Shown one piece after another: positions 1-11,869 of a DNA stretch of 64,000 nt. The stretch comes from Octopus vulgaris. Taxonomy: Eukaryota. The notes below the pieces were generated by a model. It was given only the letters and a program-made list of their open reading frames with translations, was not told where the DNA came from and made no database searches. The DNA is taken from the NCBI GenBank assembly GCA_951406725.2, contig OX597821.1, positions 45,260,001-45,324,000 on the forward strand, written 5' to 3'. Position 1 is the stretch's first letter. Every line of letters starts with the position of its first letter. The translations under genes and the position numbers were made by a program.

Positions 1-726
1 GTCGTCTTTATTGTCCTTTGTATGAACAATGTTAGTATTTATACATTTATAAGAAACTGGAACAGTTCAGTCGATTAGGGCACCCGTAAAGAATATTTAC
101 ACAGTACAATGTATTAACTCATCTGTAAGAAACAATCATATATTATATTCCGTTAAGTTACTTTTAAAGAACAGTTGTATAACCCATTAAGTCAGCTTTA
201 AGGAACAGTAATACGATTAGATGTTATCGGACATATTTTTAACATTTTAACATTTGTACAGAAGTCAAAGTCTATAAGAGAACTTTTAATATAGGCGGCC
301 TATCTCATTGAGCTTTGAGATGCCCAACCTCTTTGATATAGGACATTTCAAAGTAAATAGGTACTGAGCTGTGAATACGCTCTACAAAGAGGTACAGTTT
401 ACTGATGAAAACATGCGGTACAAATGGCGAGTGATTAATTCACTTGCATTGGTAAGCTGAAGCGTTTTAGTAGGTTTGATTTGATGCATATTTAGACTTC
501 ATCTGACAAATGAACCCAGATATACTACATAAAAACAGACAGCAGCTGTATAGAAACCCATCTGGAATGTGTTAGCAAGTTTTGTCGTAGATTGCATCAT
601 GCCGGTTCTCCACGATACACATGAAACAGTGGAATACTCAACCGCGCACACTATGATTCCATTAGTAGATAATTCAGTGATCAAGCAACAAGGATTATCA
701 TCGTCAGAACTGACTCAAGTTCTAAT

Positions 727-769
<43 letters not shown>

Positions 770-773
770 TCTC
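727..773. repeat. (CT)n microsatellite
   Basis: Direct reading. Confidence 0.95.
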
Positions 774-854
774 CATTTATGTGTAATACTAACTTTTAAT
801 GGTACGTTGTATATTCATAATTGAGGCTAAAACATCTACATCTTACAACGTTTA

Positions 855-1195
855 TTATATTGTAATGATTGTTATATTATGATGATTGCCATTTGTAATG
901 GTTATTATATTCTCATAATTGTTATATTCCAGTGATGGTTATATTATAATGATTGTTATATTGATTGTTATATTCGAGTGATTTAAATTTTAAAGATTGT
1001 TATATTGCAATGATTGTTATATTTAAACAATTGTTTTTTTCCAGCGATTTTTATATTCCCATGATTGTTATTTTCTAATGGCTGTTATATTATAATGATA
1101 TTTATATTGTAATGATTGTTTTATTGTAATGATTGCTATATTGAAATGATTGTCGTAACATAATCCTTGTTCAAGCGATTGTTATATTGCAATGC
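855..1195. repeat. Degenerate minisatellite, unit ~17-19 bp (AATGATTGTTATATTGT-like)
   Basis: Recurrent gattgttatatt core throughout the interval. Confidence 0.85.
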
Positions 1196-1929
1196 GTATA
1201 ATTCAAATTATTTCCCCGTTATAAATTTGTAATCAATTACTGTCTATGTAATAGCACCTGCCAATCTAATTTAGTTGCTACGAAATTCCTTTTCGTTATT
1301 GATTTGTTCCCCACATTTTGTCAGAAGTCAACATTATGTAGAGAAGTTCTACGATAACTCAAGTATCTCCTAAAGAAAGTATTTCTATAGAAATAGTGGC
1401 TGCAAAGTATATAGAAGAATATATATTGATTGTTTCATTATCGCAAATATATGCATAAACATAAAACTACACCGAATTCTATATTAAACTTTTTTTCTGT
1501 CTAACACAGGAACTATGTAGACTTGCTCATACAATATTAATTCCTTTCGCTAAAATTGATTTTAACGGTAAAATTGTATATTAGCTGTTGATATAGCTTG
1601 AAATACTATATTAAAAGCCAACTGTTTTGGAGGGTTATAGAAATGATTTTGGTGATAAATGGAATTTTCTCTATTCTTTTATACTACAGTTCAAAAACGA
1701 GAGGCCAATGTCTGTTTTTCATAACTCGGAGTGACTGTGATAATCTGTATTTCTTAAGGATATTCATACAAAGCTATATCGACTGGGCTGTCGTGAAATA
1801 TTTTTCCCATAGAGACATCGAATGGCATTGACATGACCATCAACGACTCTATAATTTTATATACAAATTATCAGCCCCGTCTTCTCTTAATAAGGACGGG
1901 ATGTATTATTATCCTTGGGATTTAGTCTG

Positions 1930-2761
1930 TACAGGGTTCGCCGTAAACAATTCCCGGTTGATTTTTAGTCATAATGTTTAGTAAAGGACATAAAAACATA
2001 GTTCTTTAAGATTTTATTAAATATGGTCATGTAACATTAAGATACGTTTCATTCAACATGTTCGCCTTTAGTCTTCACAATCGCCCGAAAACGGTCGAGA
2101 ACAGAGGCACACGAACTCCGGATGACTTCACTTAAACAATCTCATGACACGACTAAGGCTTTCTTCAGAGCAGTGATATTTTTGCAGGAAACTCTTGAAT
2201 CACCACTTTCTAGACTGGACCAAATAGCGAACTCTTTAGGGTTGACGTCTGAGCTGGAGAGGGTGCACACATTTTTGTCCTAGAATCCGCTGAAATAGCT
2301 CCTGCACCACTGCTGTGTCCCTTTGGACGTATGAAAAGGAGCGACGTCTTGCATGAGCACCTAATTATCTCCAAATGCTTCAGTTACTCATAGCAAAACA
2401 TTATCCTCTAACATTTTCACGTAAATTGCCGAATTGACTTTCGTCCCCTCTTTAATGAACATCAAAGGAGATATTCCACCGTCGGATGACACTGCCGCCC
2501 AAACCATCATTCCGGTGGGTTTCATTCAGCGAAATACCTTACGGACGCCTTCGAAAACAGCATCCGACTTCGTGGCCAAAATTCTCTCATTCAAGGTGTT
2601 CACTACGGCCTCCACAGTGAATATCTTTTCGTCCGAATAGACAAAGACATTGTCACTAGTTTTCTGATTCTCCTCTGCCATTTTCTTGCACCTTTCCAGT
2701 CGCCTTGAAATTTTTAATGACTTATTTAAATAATCAGGATTTCTTTATGGTGCACCCTGTA
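1930..2761 (-). mobile_element. Internally deleted Tc1/mariner-superfamily transposon, DD37D(maT)-like, pseudogenised
   Basis: Imperfect TIRs TACAGGGTTCGCCGTAAACAATTCC / rc TACAGGGTGCACCATAAAGAAATCC; minus strand gives SDEKIFTVE, MVWAAVSSDG, QDVAPFH...SSSDVNPKEFAIWSSLE with 37 residues between the 2nd and 3rd catalytic positions; internal stop. Confidence 0.85.
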
Positions 2762-2764
2762 TAT

Positions 2765-2935
2765 CATAACATATAAAATCAAAAGAAATTTGGAAAGAAA
2801 ATATGAAACGGGTTATTTTTCCCAAAACAATGTCATTACAAAATTTTATAACATTTCCCTAACATGATGATTTAAATATATTCTTTAACCATATAATACG
2901 AGTCTTCTGTAGTTTTCATTCTATTTTGTTATATA
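2765..2935 (+). mobile_element. Old Penelope-like pseudo-LTR fragment, homologous to 40775-40945, with decayed hammerhead
   Basis: aagaaatttggaaagaaaatatgaaacgggttattttt aligns with aagaaatttgaaaagctaaacgcgaaaccggtcatttctt; downstream atgtcatt and cttctgtagttttc also shared; abuts (TA)n. Confidence 0.6.
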
Positions 2936-2944
2936 CATATATAT

Positions 2945-3028
2945 ATATATGTTATATTTTGTGAAAGAAATTTGATTTAGTATTTCTAAATTGAATTTTT
3001 CGCTGTAAGTTTGGAATAATATTCCCTC

Positions 3029-3078
<50 letters not shown>
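2945..3078 (-). repeat. Fragment homologous to 61215-61295 followed by (TA)n
   Basis: rc atatgagggaatattattccaaacttacag resembles atattagggaataaatccaaatttacaag. Confidence 0.55.
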
Positions 3079-3082
<4 letters not shown>

Positions 3083-5853
3083 GTAACCTTACTAAAAGAT
3101 AAATAAAGAAGCATGGACCTTTACTGTAAAAGATGTATGGGAGGACGTTAGGCATTACTAAAAGAATTGATGAAAATAAATTTTGATAATATTCCATGCT
3201 ATATTGAATTTCATATGCATAATTTCTTTACATCGAAATAAGCCCTAATTATCTTGCTATCGAACACAAGTGCGAAAAAGGAAGACGAGTAGAAGAAGGG
3301 GGTGAGTGTGTGGAAACTATCACGAAGCAACTACATTTTAATTATTAATCAGAGCTGATGGAAAAACCTTCGACATATTGAACTTAGGCAAACAAAATAT
3401 GAAAGAATAGAGAAACAGGCAAAATGAAGTGACAACGTTCGCCTTCATTTCCATGAAAAATAGCTAATGAACAGATTGAATCAAGAGAATGCTAAACTTT
3501 TGCCTGAGAGGAAGTAATTTAACGTTAGTTGCTGTTCTAGTAGTTAACTATTGTTAAATTGGTAATTAAGCGATCTTAAATACAAGAAAAGAAATTTATA
3601 ACGGCATTTAGGACCCACTACCTAAAACTTACATTTTGTACGAATTCAGATGAAAAACTGAAAAACTATTATCTAATAACTATAGTATCGAACAGCTACT
3701 TTGTGAGGTATGTGTCAAAGGTCGATAAAATAGAATTGCAATAAAATAAAGAACAGCAAAGCAAAAGTACCGCATTTGTGACATTGTGAGCGAAAGAAAG
3801 AAGCTCTATATTTCAAGAATAGTTCTTTGTCAAAACAAAGAAGATATATTCTCTAATATATTTACAAAATAATGTATGCGTACTCTGGCAGGAGTATATG
3901 TGTAGTTTCTAGCAGAAGAGAGTGTAGTGAGAGTTTATGAGACAATGGGAGTAGTGCTTCTTAGCTGTTGCTGGGATAAGTACTTCTTCAGTACTCGCTT
4001 GTGGAACCGAGGAGGAGGCGGGTACTTTGAATGTCTTCTGAGCTGCAAACGGAAGACTTTCATGCACACGTGCGAGTGCTTGAATCGATGTCTTTATGTG
4101 TGTTAATTATGAAGTTATCCTGCAGTGAATTACATGTCGCGAGCTTTAAAACAAATAGTTCTCTATATTCAGATTAAACCATTCGGCAATGTTGTTACAA
4201 AGATAAATTTCTATAATGGTTTTCTCACCCAAAATCTATATCAATCATCATTGCTAATGTTCGCTTAATATACAGCAGTCTCAGCAATTCATTTATCATT
4301 TAAAACACATGTTTATTACCATTATTAATGACACATATATTACATTCTCTCTTCCCGAGGCATCTTCAAATTCTGCATTATCGGTATGCAATCCCACTTT
4401 ACGTGTTCACAGCTTCACAACATACAATTAACAGACTTCATACTTATACATAGTGCTGGATAAGTGCCTAAACCTAACCAAAAGTTTTGTATTAAAAAAT
4501 TTCTCAATTCAGCAGTAAAATATCGATAACTATTCAAAAATGTCGGCGATATAGGAAAGTTGTATATCAAATAAATTACGAAATTTTTTTTGTTATTGAA
4601 TCGTATATTTTCCTTATTGAATGGACTTGGCTGTGTTGTTGTTAAGATACAAACATATATAATGAAGTGTGGACTATTTACGCCTGCTTTATAGCAATTA
4701 ATATATTTAAAATTAAACTTTAAAATAATCTATACGGAAACAGGCAAATAAATTGATACAAAAACAAAAGTGTTTTATATAATAAAAAGAAATAGAGTGT
4801 ATAGTTTTAAGAGCAGCAAATCAATGATATAAATAAAGAAGACATTGTTATTGCATAATAACATTTTTGAATGTTCTACCATCACCGTGTAATAATTAAA
4901 TAACTCTTCTGCTGAACCATGCATCCACTTCAACTTTTCATTGGCTTGAAGTCAAAACGTCTCAGTTGTTTGAATGCATGCATGGCAGTCAACAGAAATG
5001 ACAAAATTCCTACAATCTAGGGTCGAATACATGTCATAATTACGATATATGCTATTAAATGAAAGAAATTACTAAATTATTGCAAAAGTATGTGAAGAAT
5101 GAAAGTGTCCAATTATGAAAGCAATACTATAATTAACCTTGTACATTAAGCCTAATACTACGGAAAGTCTAATTAATTTAACCTCGATAATAATGAATTA
5201 TTAAGAAATATAAATACCAGTGCTTCTACTCTAATTTCACTTTAAAAAATGAGCATTTTTCCATGTTATTATAACCTATTACGTTAATAATTATCAAGCG
5301 GCATTTGGGATTTCTTAGAAGTAGGTCATAGTCTGCGCCGGTAAATATCACTGAATAAATATAAAGTTCAGAATAATAATAATAAAATTTATTTGGTGTG
5401 AGAAGTCAGAAAATAGTATCTTGTCGCTCTTGTTGCTCGTGTGAAAATGAGGACACGAAAGAAAATTTTAAAAATGCAATTAAAATAATGAGTCAATAGA
5501 GAAATCTGTCTAAGAAAGTTGAATAGAGGCAGATAGTAAGAAACTAAGCAAGCCTGAAAGAAGAAAGATCAGAAAGTTGGAGTAGAAGGTATATAGGCAC
5601 AACATTCTAATTTACTACATATAGAGATATAGTTACGAGGATGGAGTGAAGTTGTGAGATGAATAGGGGCAATACGTCAAAGAACTAAACTGTATATAAA
5701 TATAGCTACGATGATAAGTGTGAGTATTGTGGGGTGAAAGGAGGTAAACAGAAAGGTGGACAAAATCAATACTTCGAAGAGTCACAAACATACAGAGGCG
5801 ATAGCATATAAGTATCGTGGGACAAACGCAAAGCGAGAGAAAGAGAAGTGGGA

Positions 5854-5857
<4 letters not shown>

Positions 5858-5925
<68 letters not shown>
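5858..5925. repeat. (CA)n microsatellite
   Basis: Direct reading. Confidence 0.95.
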
Positions 5926-5929
<4 letters not shown>

Positions 5930-6046
5930 GCCTAAGTATTAATATATAGATAGTTATATATAAGTACTCGTACATTTCCTACACTTACCTTTTAAAACAT
6001 TAAAGAAACTATTGAATATTTAAAAAAGTACCTTACTTATTGAAAT

Positions 6047-6272
6047 TACGAAGGGTTGCTGAAAATTCCCTGGCTTTGGTTAAAAGAAATTTCAGGAAGG
6101 TCAGTTAATTATGATTTTATTCAGCATATTGCCCTCACAGATTCGCACAATTATTGCAGAGGTCCTTCACATTTTTTTCCCTAAGCCCTGTAAAAGAACT
6201 CGGAAGTTTGAGCCTCCAACCAGGCCTTTTGCATCACTCTTAAAGCTAGAAAAGTTTCAGCACTGCCTCGTA
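6047..6272. mobile_element. Mariner-derived MITE (~226 bp)
   Basis: TIRs TACGAAGGGTTGCTGAAAATTCCCTGGCTTT / rc TACGAGGCAGTGCTGAAACTTTTCTAGCTTT with TA ends; same TIR type as 52309. Confidence 0.8.
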
Positions 6273-6732
6273 CAAACTGGATCGTAATCTGCTTGATAGA
6301 AACAAAGAAGCTTGTTCATCAAATGTAAAGACAAAAGGCAGCAAAACGTAGAAAAAGGTTGATCTAACTGAATTATTAACAGAAATTATTAGCTATTCTG
6401 CGTTATCATTGTTATTTCTTTCTTAAACAAACAAACAAAGTCCACTGTTTCTCACAAACAGACTTCGAATTAAAACAAGAAAAATATCTAATCATGATAA
6501 AGCTGTTTAAAGAACAAAAGTATTTAATCTGTATAAGTTTTTTTTTTTAAAATGGTACATTTTTGTGCATTTTAAGTAATGTGACTAAAATACCCGACAG
6601 TAAAAAAGTTTACGGCGTAAATACTTTCCGTAAAAATTATGGCAAAAGTGTTAACCTCGGAAATAAATGTGGCAAATTTTGCTACAGCGAAATCACAAAT
6701 ACCTGTCACCAAAGTTAACAAAAGGATTTTCA

Positions 6733-7123
6733 GGCGCAGGAGTGGCTGTGTGGTAAGAAGCTTGCTTCCCAACCACAATGTTCCGGGTACAGTCCTACTG
6801 CGTGGCATCTTGGGCAAGTGTCTTCTACTATAGCCTCGGGCCGACCAAAGCCCTGTGAATGGATTTGGTTGACGTAAACTGAAAGAAACACGTCGTATAT
6901 ATGTATGTATATCTATGTGTGTCTTTGTGTCTGTGTTTGTCCTCCATCACCGCTTGACAACCGGTGCCCATAACTTAGCGGTTCGGCAGAGTAACCGATA
7001 GAATAAGTACCAGGTTTAAAAAAGAAAATAAGCATTGGGGTCGATTTATTTGACTAAAATTTCAAGGCGGTGCCCCAACATAATCGCAGTCTAATGATTG
7101 AAACAAGTAAAAGATAAAAGATA
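6733..7123 (+). mobile_element. tRNA-derived SINE, family A
   Basis: Head GGCGCAGGAGTGGCTGTGTGG (A-box-like), B-box-like GGTACAGTCC, internal TA/TG tract, tail GAAACAAGTAAAAGATAAAAGATA; homologous to 41015-41431 and 62742-63168. Confidence 0.9.
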
Positions 7124-8169
7124 AACCGGTTTTGCAAAGCACTGTGAACCGGATTCTGCTCAGCCGTGCTTGTACATCAATAATAGGATGATCGAGTGTT
7201 AATAGGAAGGTGATGACTTCATTGGGATACAGAACAATAGAAGAATAATTGTCACATCAAATGAAACAAACCTCACGGCAGACAGGTTTTTCATACTGGC
7301 AGAAGGTTACGGTTCATGCAACAGCATGATTTTTTTCCGTCAGTATTTCGTGTTTCTTTTTCTTTGTGCGTTGTTACACAATCGAATATAAACTGATATT
7401 TCTAGTGGTAAATTTTATATTTCAGTGTATTAATGTATGAAATTACCTTATAATAATTCTGCTTGTCACTCCGTTACTTAGCCCGTCCGTAACGCTTCAA
7501 GGTGATTAGTTGAAGGGGGATGGGAGTATTGGGAGGGAGAGATGCTGGTGAGTGAAATATATAATTTTCTTTTTGAAGTAAGTTTTTTTGTCCGTTACTT
7601 AACCCGTCTGTTACGCTTTCATTTCATTAGTTGAAATGAAAGGCGAAGAACAAAAGAAAAAGGAGAGAGAAAAAGAGGGTACGGCAAAGAGTAAGAGAGA
7701 AAGAGGAAGAGTGCTGCATATTAAGTGCATAAAATTGTGCATAAAGTGTATAAAGTGTATATATAAAGTGCATTAAGTAATCATCGTATTCTAAGGATGA
7801 TCAATTATCATTTGATACAAACACAAGTTACGCTTTCAGGTTTTTTGGATAAAGTTTCCAGTAACATCCCCGTAAGTTTACCATTAATTCCGTGAAATAT
7901 CCACGTGTCCCACAAGTAAAGAATATTTGTTGAGCAATATGATTTTACAGTAACAATGAACAATAAAATACAAGAGCCATTTCATTTCCTCCTCTCACGG
8001 CATTTCATAGCAGTGTGCAGAATGGAACTCATGCATATCAACACCGCTCACATGATTAAATTAAATTTCTCTTCCTACAAAAGCCACCTAGCGGTCATCC
8101 GCATTATCCAGACTTCCAAATTTACAGGTATTTAACAAGAACACTGAACCACTCTTTTTGCATAGTAAA

Positions 8170-8250
8170 CTCTCTCTCTCCCTCCCTCCACACACACACA
8201 CGCACACACACACGCACACACGCACGCACGCACGCACGCACGCACGCATC
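8170..8250. repeat. Compound (CT)n(CA)n(CGCA)n microsatellite
   Basis: Direct reading. Confidence 0.9.
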
Positions 8251-8668
8251 CACGTTTGTAAAATAAAGAAGAGGAAAATAGTGCAGTAACTATAAATTAA
8301 TCTACGTTATATCATTTTAATGAATATTTAGTTAAATATCTGTGTATAGATAAGGTGTGTCAGTAACAAATGTCTCTATTAGAAATTCTGCACATACAAA
8401 ACCCAGACATTGAGAAGTAGATATGCGCCGTACCCTATGTCCGCCACCCCTTTTGTATAGTCGACAACAACCAAATAAAAGAACACGACAAAACACCCAA
8501 TAAAAAACTGATACTAGAAATTCAATGTAAGACAACCCTTGCATCACATACTCCACTTGTCCGTAAACACTAAAATAATTAACACCTGTCACGTAAGACA
8601 TACGAACCACACCATCGTCTAACAAAATAATGCGACTTGCACTGAGCATATTCTATTCACGAAATAAA

Positions 8669-8735
8669 ACACCAGGTACAATAAACTCATAGACACCAGA
8701 TACAATAAACTCATAGACACCAGATACAATAAACT
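8669..8735. repeat. 24-bp tandem repeat, ~2.8 copies (ACACCAGATACAATAAACTCATAG)
   Basis: Direct reading. Confidence 0.9.
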
Positions 8736-8877
8736 ACTAACTAGGTCAAAGCGAAACTGATCTAGTAATAAACAGTCAGTTGTATATTCCCAAATGATAA
8801 TAATGTGCATATATCAGTATCTGGTAGATACGTATAAAACAGTTGAAAAATATAATGTTGATAATAACGACAATGAC

Positions 8878-9090
8878 AATCCTTTCTATTAAAGGAACAA
8901 GGCCTGAAATTTGCGAGGAGGGGCTAGTCTCTTATACAGACTCTAGTGCGTAACTGGTACTGATTTCATTGACCCCGAAAGGTTGAAAGGGAAAGTTGAC
9001 CTCGGTGGAATTCGAACTCAGGACGTAAAGATAGACGAAATGTCCTAAACATTTTGCCCGGCGTGCTAACGATTCTGCCAGCTCGTCGCC
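8878..9090 (-). mobile_element. tRNA-derived SINE, family B (tail type 1)
   Basis: rc head GGCGACGAGCTGGCAGAATCGTTAGC...GAGTTCGAATTCC, central CTTTCAACCTTTCGGGGTCAATGAAATCAGTACCAG; many copies in window. Confidence 0.9.
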
Positions 9091-9132
9091 TTAAATAATA
9101 ACGACAATGATAATGATAACGATGATAATAAT

Positions 9133-10450
9133 GATTTCCTTTATATGCCACAGGGGCGTCTAGTGAGGGAAACATTACATAGATAGGTTACAGTTTGTAA
9201 GAGGGATTTCCATAACATCGAGTGAAGGATAAAAGGGGGATGGAATAATGAGATGAAAAGTATACATATGCAAAATATATGAATAAATGGATGATACAGA
9301 AGAGCATCAGTTTTGTGCCCACACGTCTAAAACCACTCTGATCACCAAGGATACAAGCCTTCACTCAATTCGTTTCCAACCTAAGAAATTTATTAAAGTA
9401 GTCCAATTCATTTGCCACAGTCACCTACTGAAGAAAAGCTTTTGTCTCTCTACTCTCAATTCCCTTTTCAAGAGGAACTTGAAAATGTCGACGAGGCTTT
9501 GACCGAAGAGGACCGCACTCATCTTCAATCCTTTCGGACTTCTTCACCACATAACCTCTTTCACCATAGGTAACACAGAAAGGAACACTGCTGCTTAGCC
9601 TTATTAATGGAAGGCGATAAAGACATTTTCACAATAGATTCAGCCGACACCTGGCTTCGTCCTACATGCGACAACATCTTATCAACATTACACTTCAACT
9701 CAGCAATATTTGCACACTGCACGAGTATGTACATTATAGTTTCGTGCATCTCAGTCAGTTCCATGTGGCAGTAGTTTCGAGCTGGCTGGGTTTTTCCCGA
9801 ACCGGTAATGCCAGGCCAAAGATTTCTAGAAGCACTTCACAGTAGTTACCAACTTGAAAGTCTTCCGAAACAGACCAGCTATTTCGTTCTGGTCGCGACC
9901 TACAGATTCCCGAGGACATCATCACTCTTATCCACCACTAATCTCCTATATATTGCTAAGCTGAAAGTTTCGCTGATCGCATTGCCCGGCTGGTAGAGGG
10001 CGTTGAGCGCTTGACGATATTCCAGATGCTATGCGTTCAATTTTTGCTTGTTCTTGACCTTCAGGACTGTAGCTCCGTCAAAGAGAAGAGCTGCAGAAAA
10101 AGGTGCTTCGCCTTTCAAGGGAGACCATATTTATTCACTTCACCGTTCAGAAATATCTACAAGTGGAGCAGCCTCAGCGCATTTTTGTGTATCAGCTACT
10201 ACAGCATGTCGAACCTGTCTTGTAAAAGGTACTGGCAACATGTGAACCACTTGGCCAGTGAAACAGACACCCCTCAACAGAAAGACTGGGACTGGGCATG
10301 ACAGCTGGTTGGTAAATTATCACTGAGACAATGTTATTCTTTACGTCGGCTCAGCCTTTTAGGTGTGGCTTCTTCTCAGTCTATTTTTGGGTGAAGTTGG
10401 CCATCCTTCTAACTTCGGCCCATTCTAACCCGGTATTACGACTACTTTTG
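9133..10450 (-). mobile_element. Degenerate Tx1/L1-clade LINE, 3' part of ORF2 plus 3'UTR
   Basis: Colinear with 10590-11760; ETIMYILVQC zinc-finger remnant; 3' end rc GCCCCTGTGGCATATAAAGGAAAT abutting an (ATT/ATC)n tract. Confidence 0.65.
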
Positions 10451-10589
10451 GTCACAGCAAGTATCCTGTGGAATGTACTGTTTATTTGAGATAACACAAC
10501 TTGATACGAAGTAAATTAAGCGATCCAGTGTCAACAAGATCATCAATGTGCAAATGAAGGATGATAATGATGATAATGATGATGACAGT

Positions 10590-11760
10590 AATTATTTCTT
10601 GATTGGCCACAAGAGCCGTTCACAAAAACAGAGGACGATAGAATGCGAAGGGCAGTGGGGATTTACATATAGTGCGTGTATAGAGTAAAAAAGCAATAAC
10701 ATTGAACAATATAAATTCGAACAATAAATTTTAGAGGAAAGTATCTGTTTTCAGTTCTTTCAACAGCTGTTCGACAGACCTCTACAAGTCAGCAATGCCC
10801 AGACACTGGGCACATCTCGAACATGTTCGTCTAACAACGCTTCTGTGCCTGTACAACTTGACTCGAACCGGTAGAGCTCCTCGGTAACACTGCCAGGCCA
10901 GGGATTTCCGGAAATTATCCACAGGCTCTGGCCCGAATGTTCTCCGTAAAAGATCAGATGATCGATCCCTCTCAACGCCCAGAGTTACGCTGAGGACAAC
11001 GTCGCTCTTACTCGCTACTAATCCCCTATAGAATTCCAATGCGGAACTTCTACCGACCGCATTGTCCCACTGGCAGAGCGCTATGAGCGCTTGTTGACAC
11101 TCCAGGTATCAAGCGCCCTTTCTCAGTCTACACTTGATTCAGGAATAGTGCTCCGTCAGTGAGACAAGCTGCCGAAAGCCGCAGCCTCAACGCATGTCTG
11201 CGTATCATTAGTCACAGCATGCCCAGAACTCCACTCAACAGCTGTTGACAGCAGATGGGTCAACTGAAGAACGGAACACGTCCCTTACACAGAAAGCAGA
11301 AGAACAAGTGCTCCAGCTTGGTCAGTCGTTAAACAGGACAAGGGATGGCAGTCAGGCGGTAGTAGATGACAGAAGCGATGTACACATTGGCCACCCAGTC
11401 TGATCCTTCAGGGACAATTTCCTCTCTGTCCATTTCTAGTTGAGATTGGCTACCATACTCGACACTCCCGCCCCAACCAGTTCTTGTCCACTTGGAGGTC
11501 CAGGTCAAATCACTTGGATTTCGGACCAAAATTTAAAGGAGTCTGTTTCTTGTTCACAACAGAAAAAGAAAATATGAGACAAATAGGATGATGAGTAACT
11601 AGAAAGCAGCTGGATCTGATGGTGTTCAAAAGTATTGAGCAGTGAAGCTGACAGGTTATCGTAAAAGAATAACAGATGAGCTTAATACACTGGTCAACGA
11701 AAATTGGGAGATTCCTGAGTGGACAACTATTGAGTGAACAGGACTGTTTTAAGGATGCTT
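10590..11760 (-). mobile_element. Degenerate Tx1/L1-clade LINE, thumb and zf-RVT region of ORF2
   Basis: VANVYIASVIYYRLTAIPCP (post-RT) and KSLAWQCYRGALPVRVKLYRH...CSRC (zf-RVT-like); frameshifts; 3' end rc CTCTTGTGGCCAATCAAAGAAAT. Confidence 0.75.
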
Positions 11761-11869
11761 CAAACAAAAAAAAGAAAGAAAAAAAAGTATAATAGTTGAA
11801 AATCTGAGCTCACATCATGTGGACAAAACCTAGAAACATTAAGAATGAAGAGAGAGATTTTTCAAGGAG

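Noticed and set aside
499-799. Overlapping 61-aa and 76-aa ORFs
   Set aside because: No recognisable domain, non-ATG starts, and one runs into (CT)n
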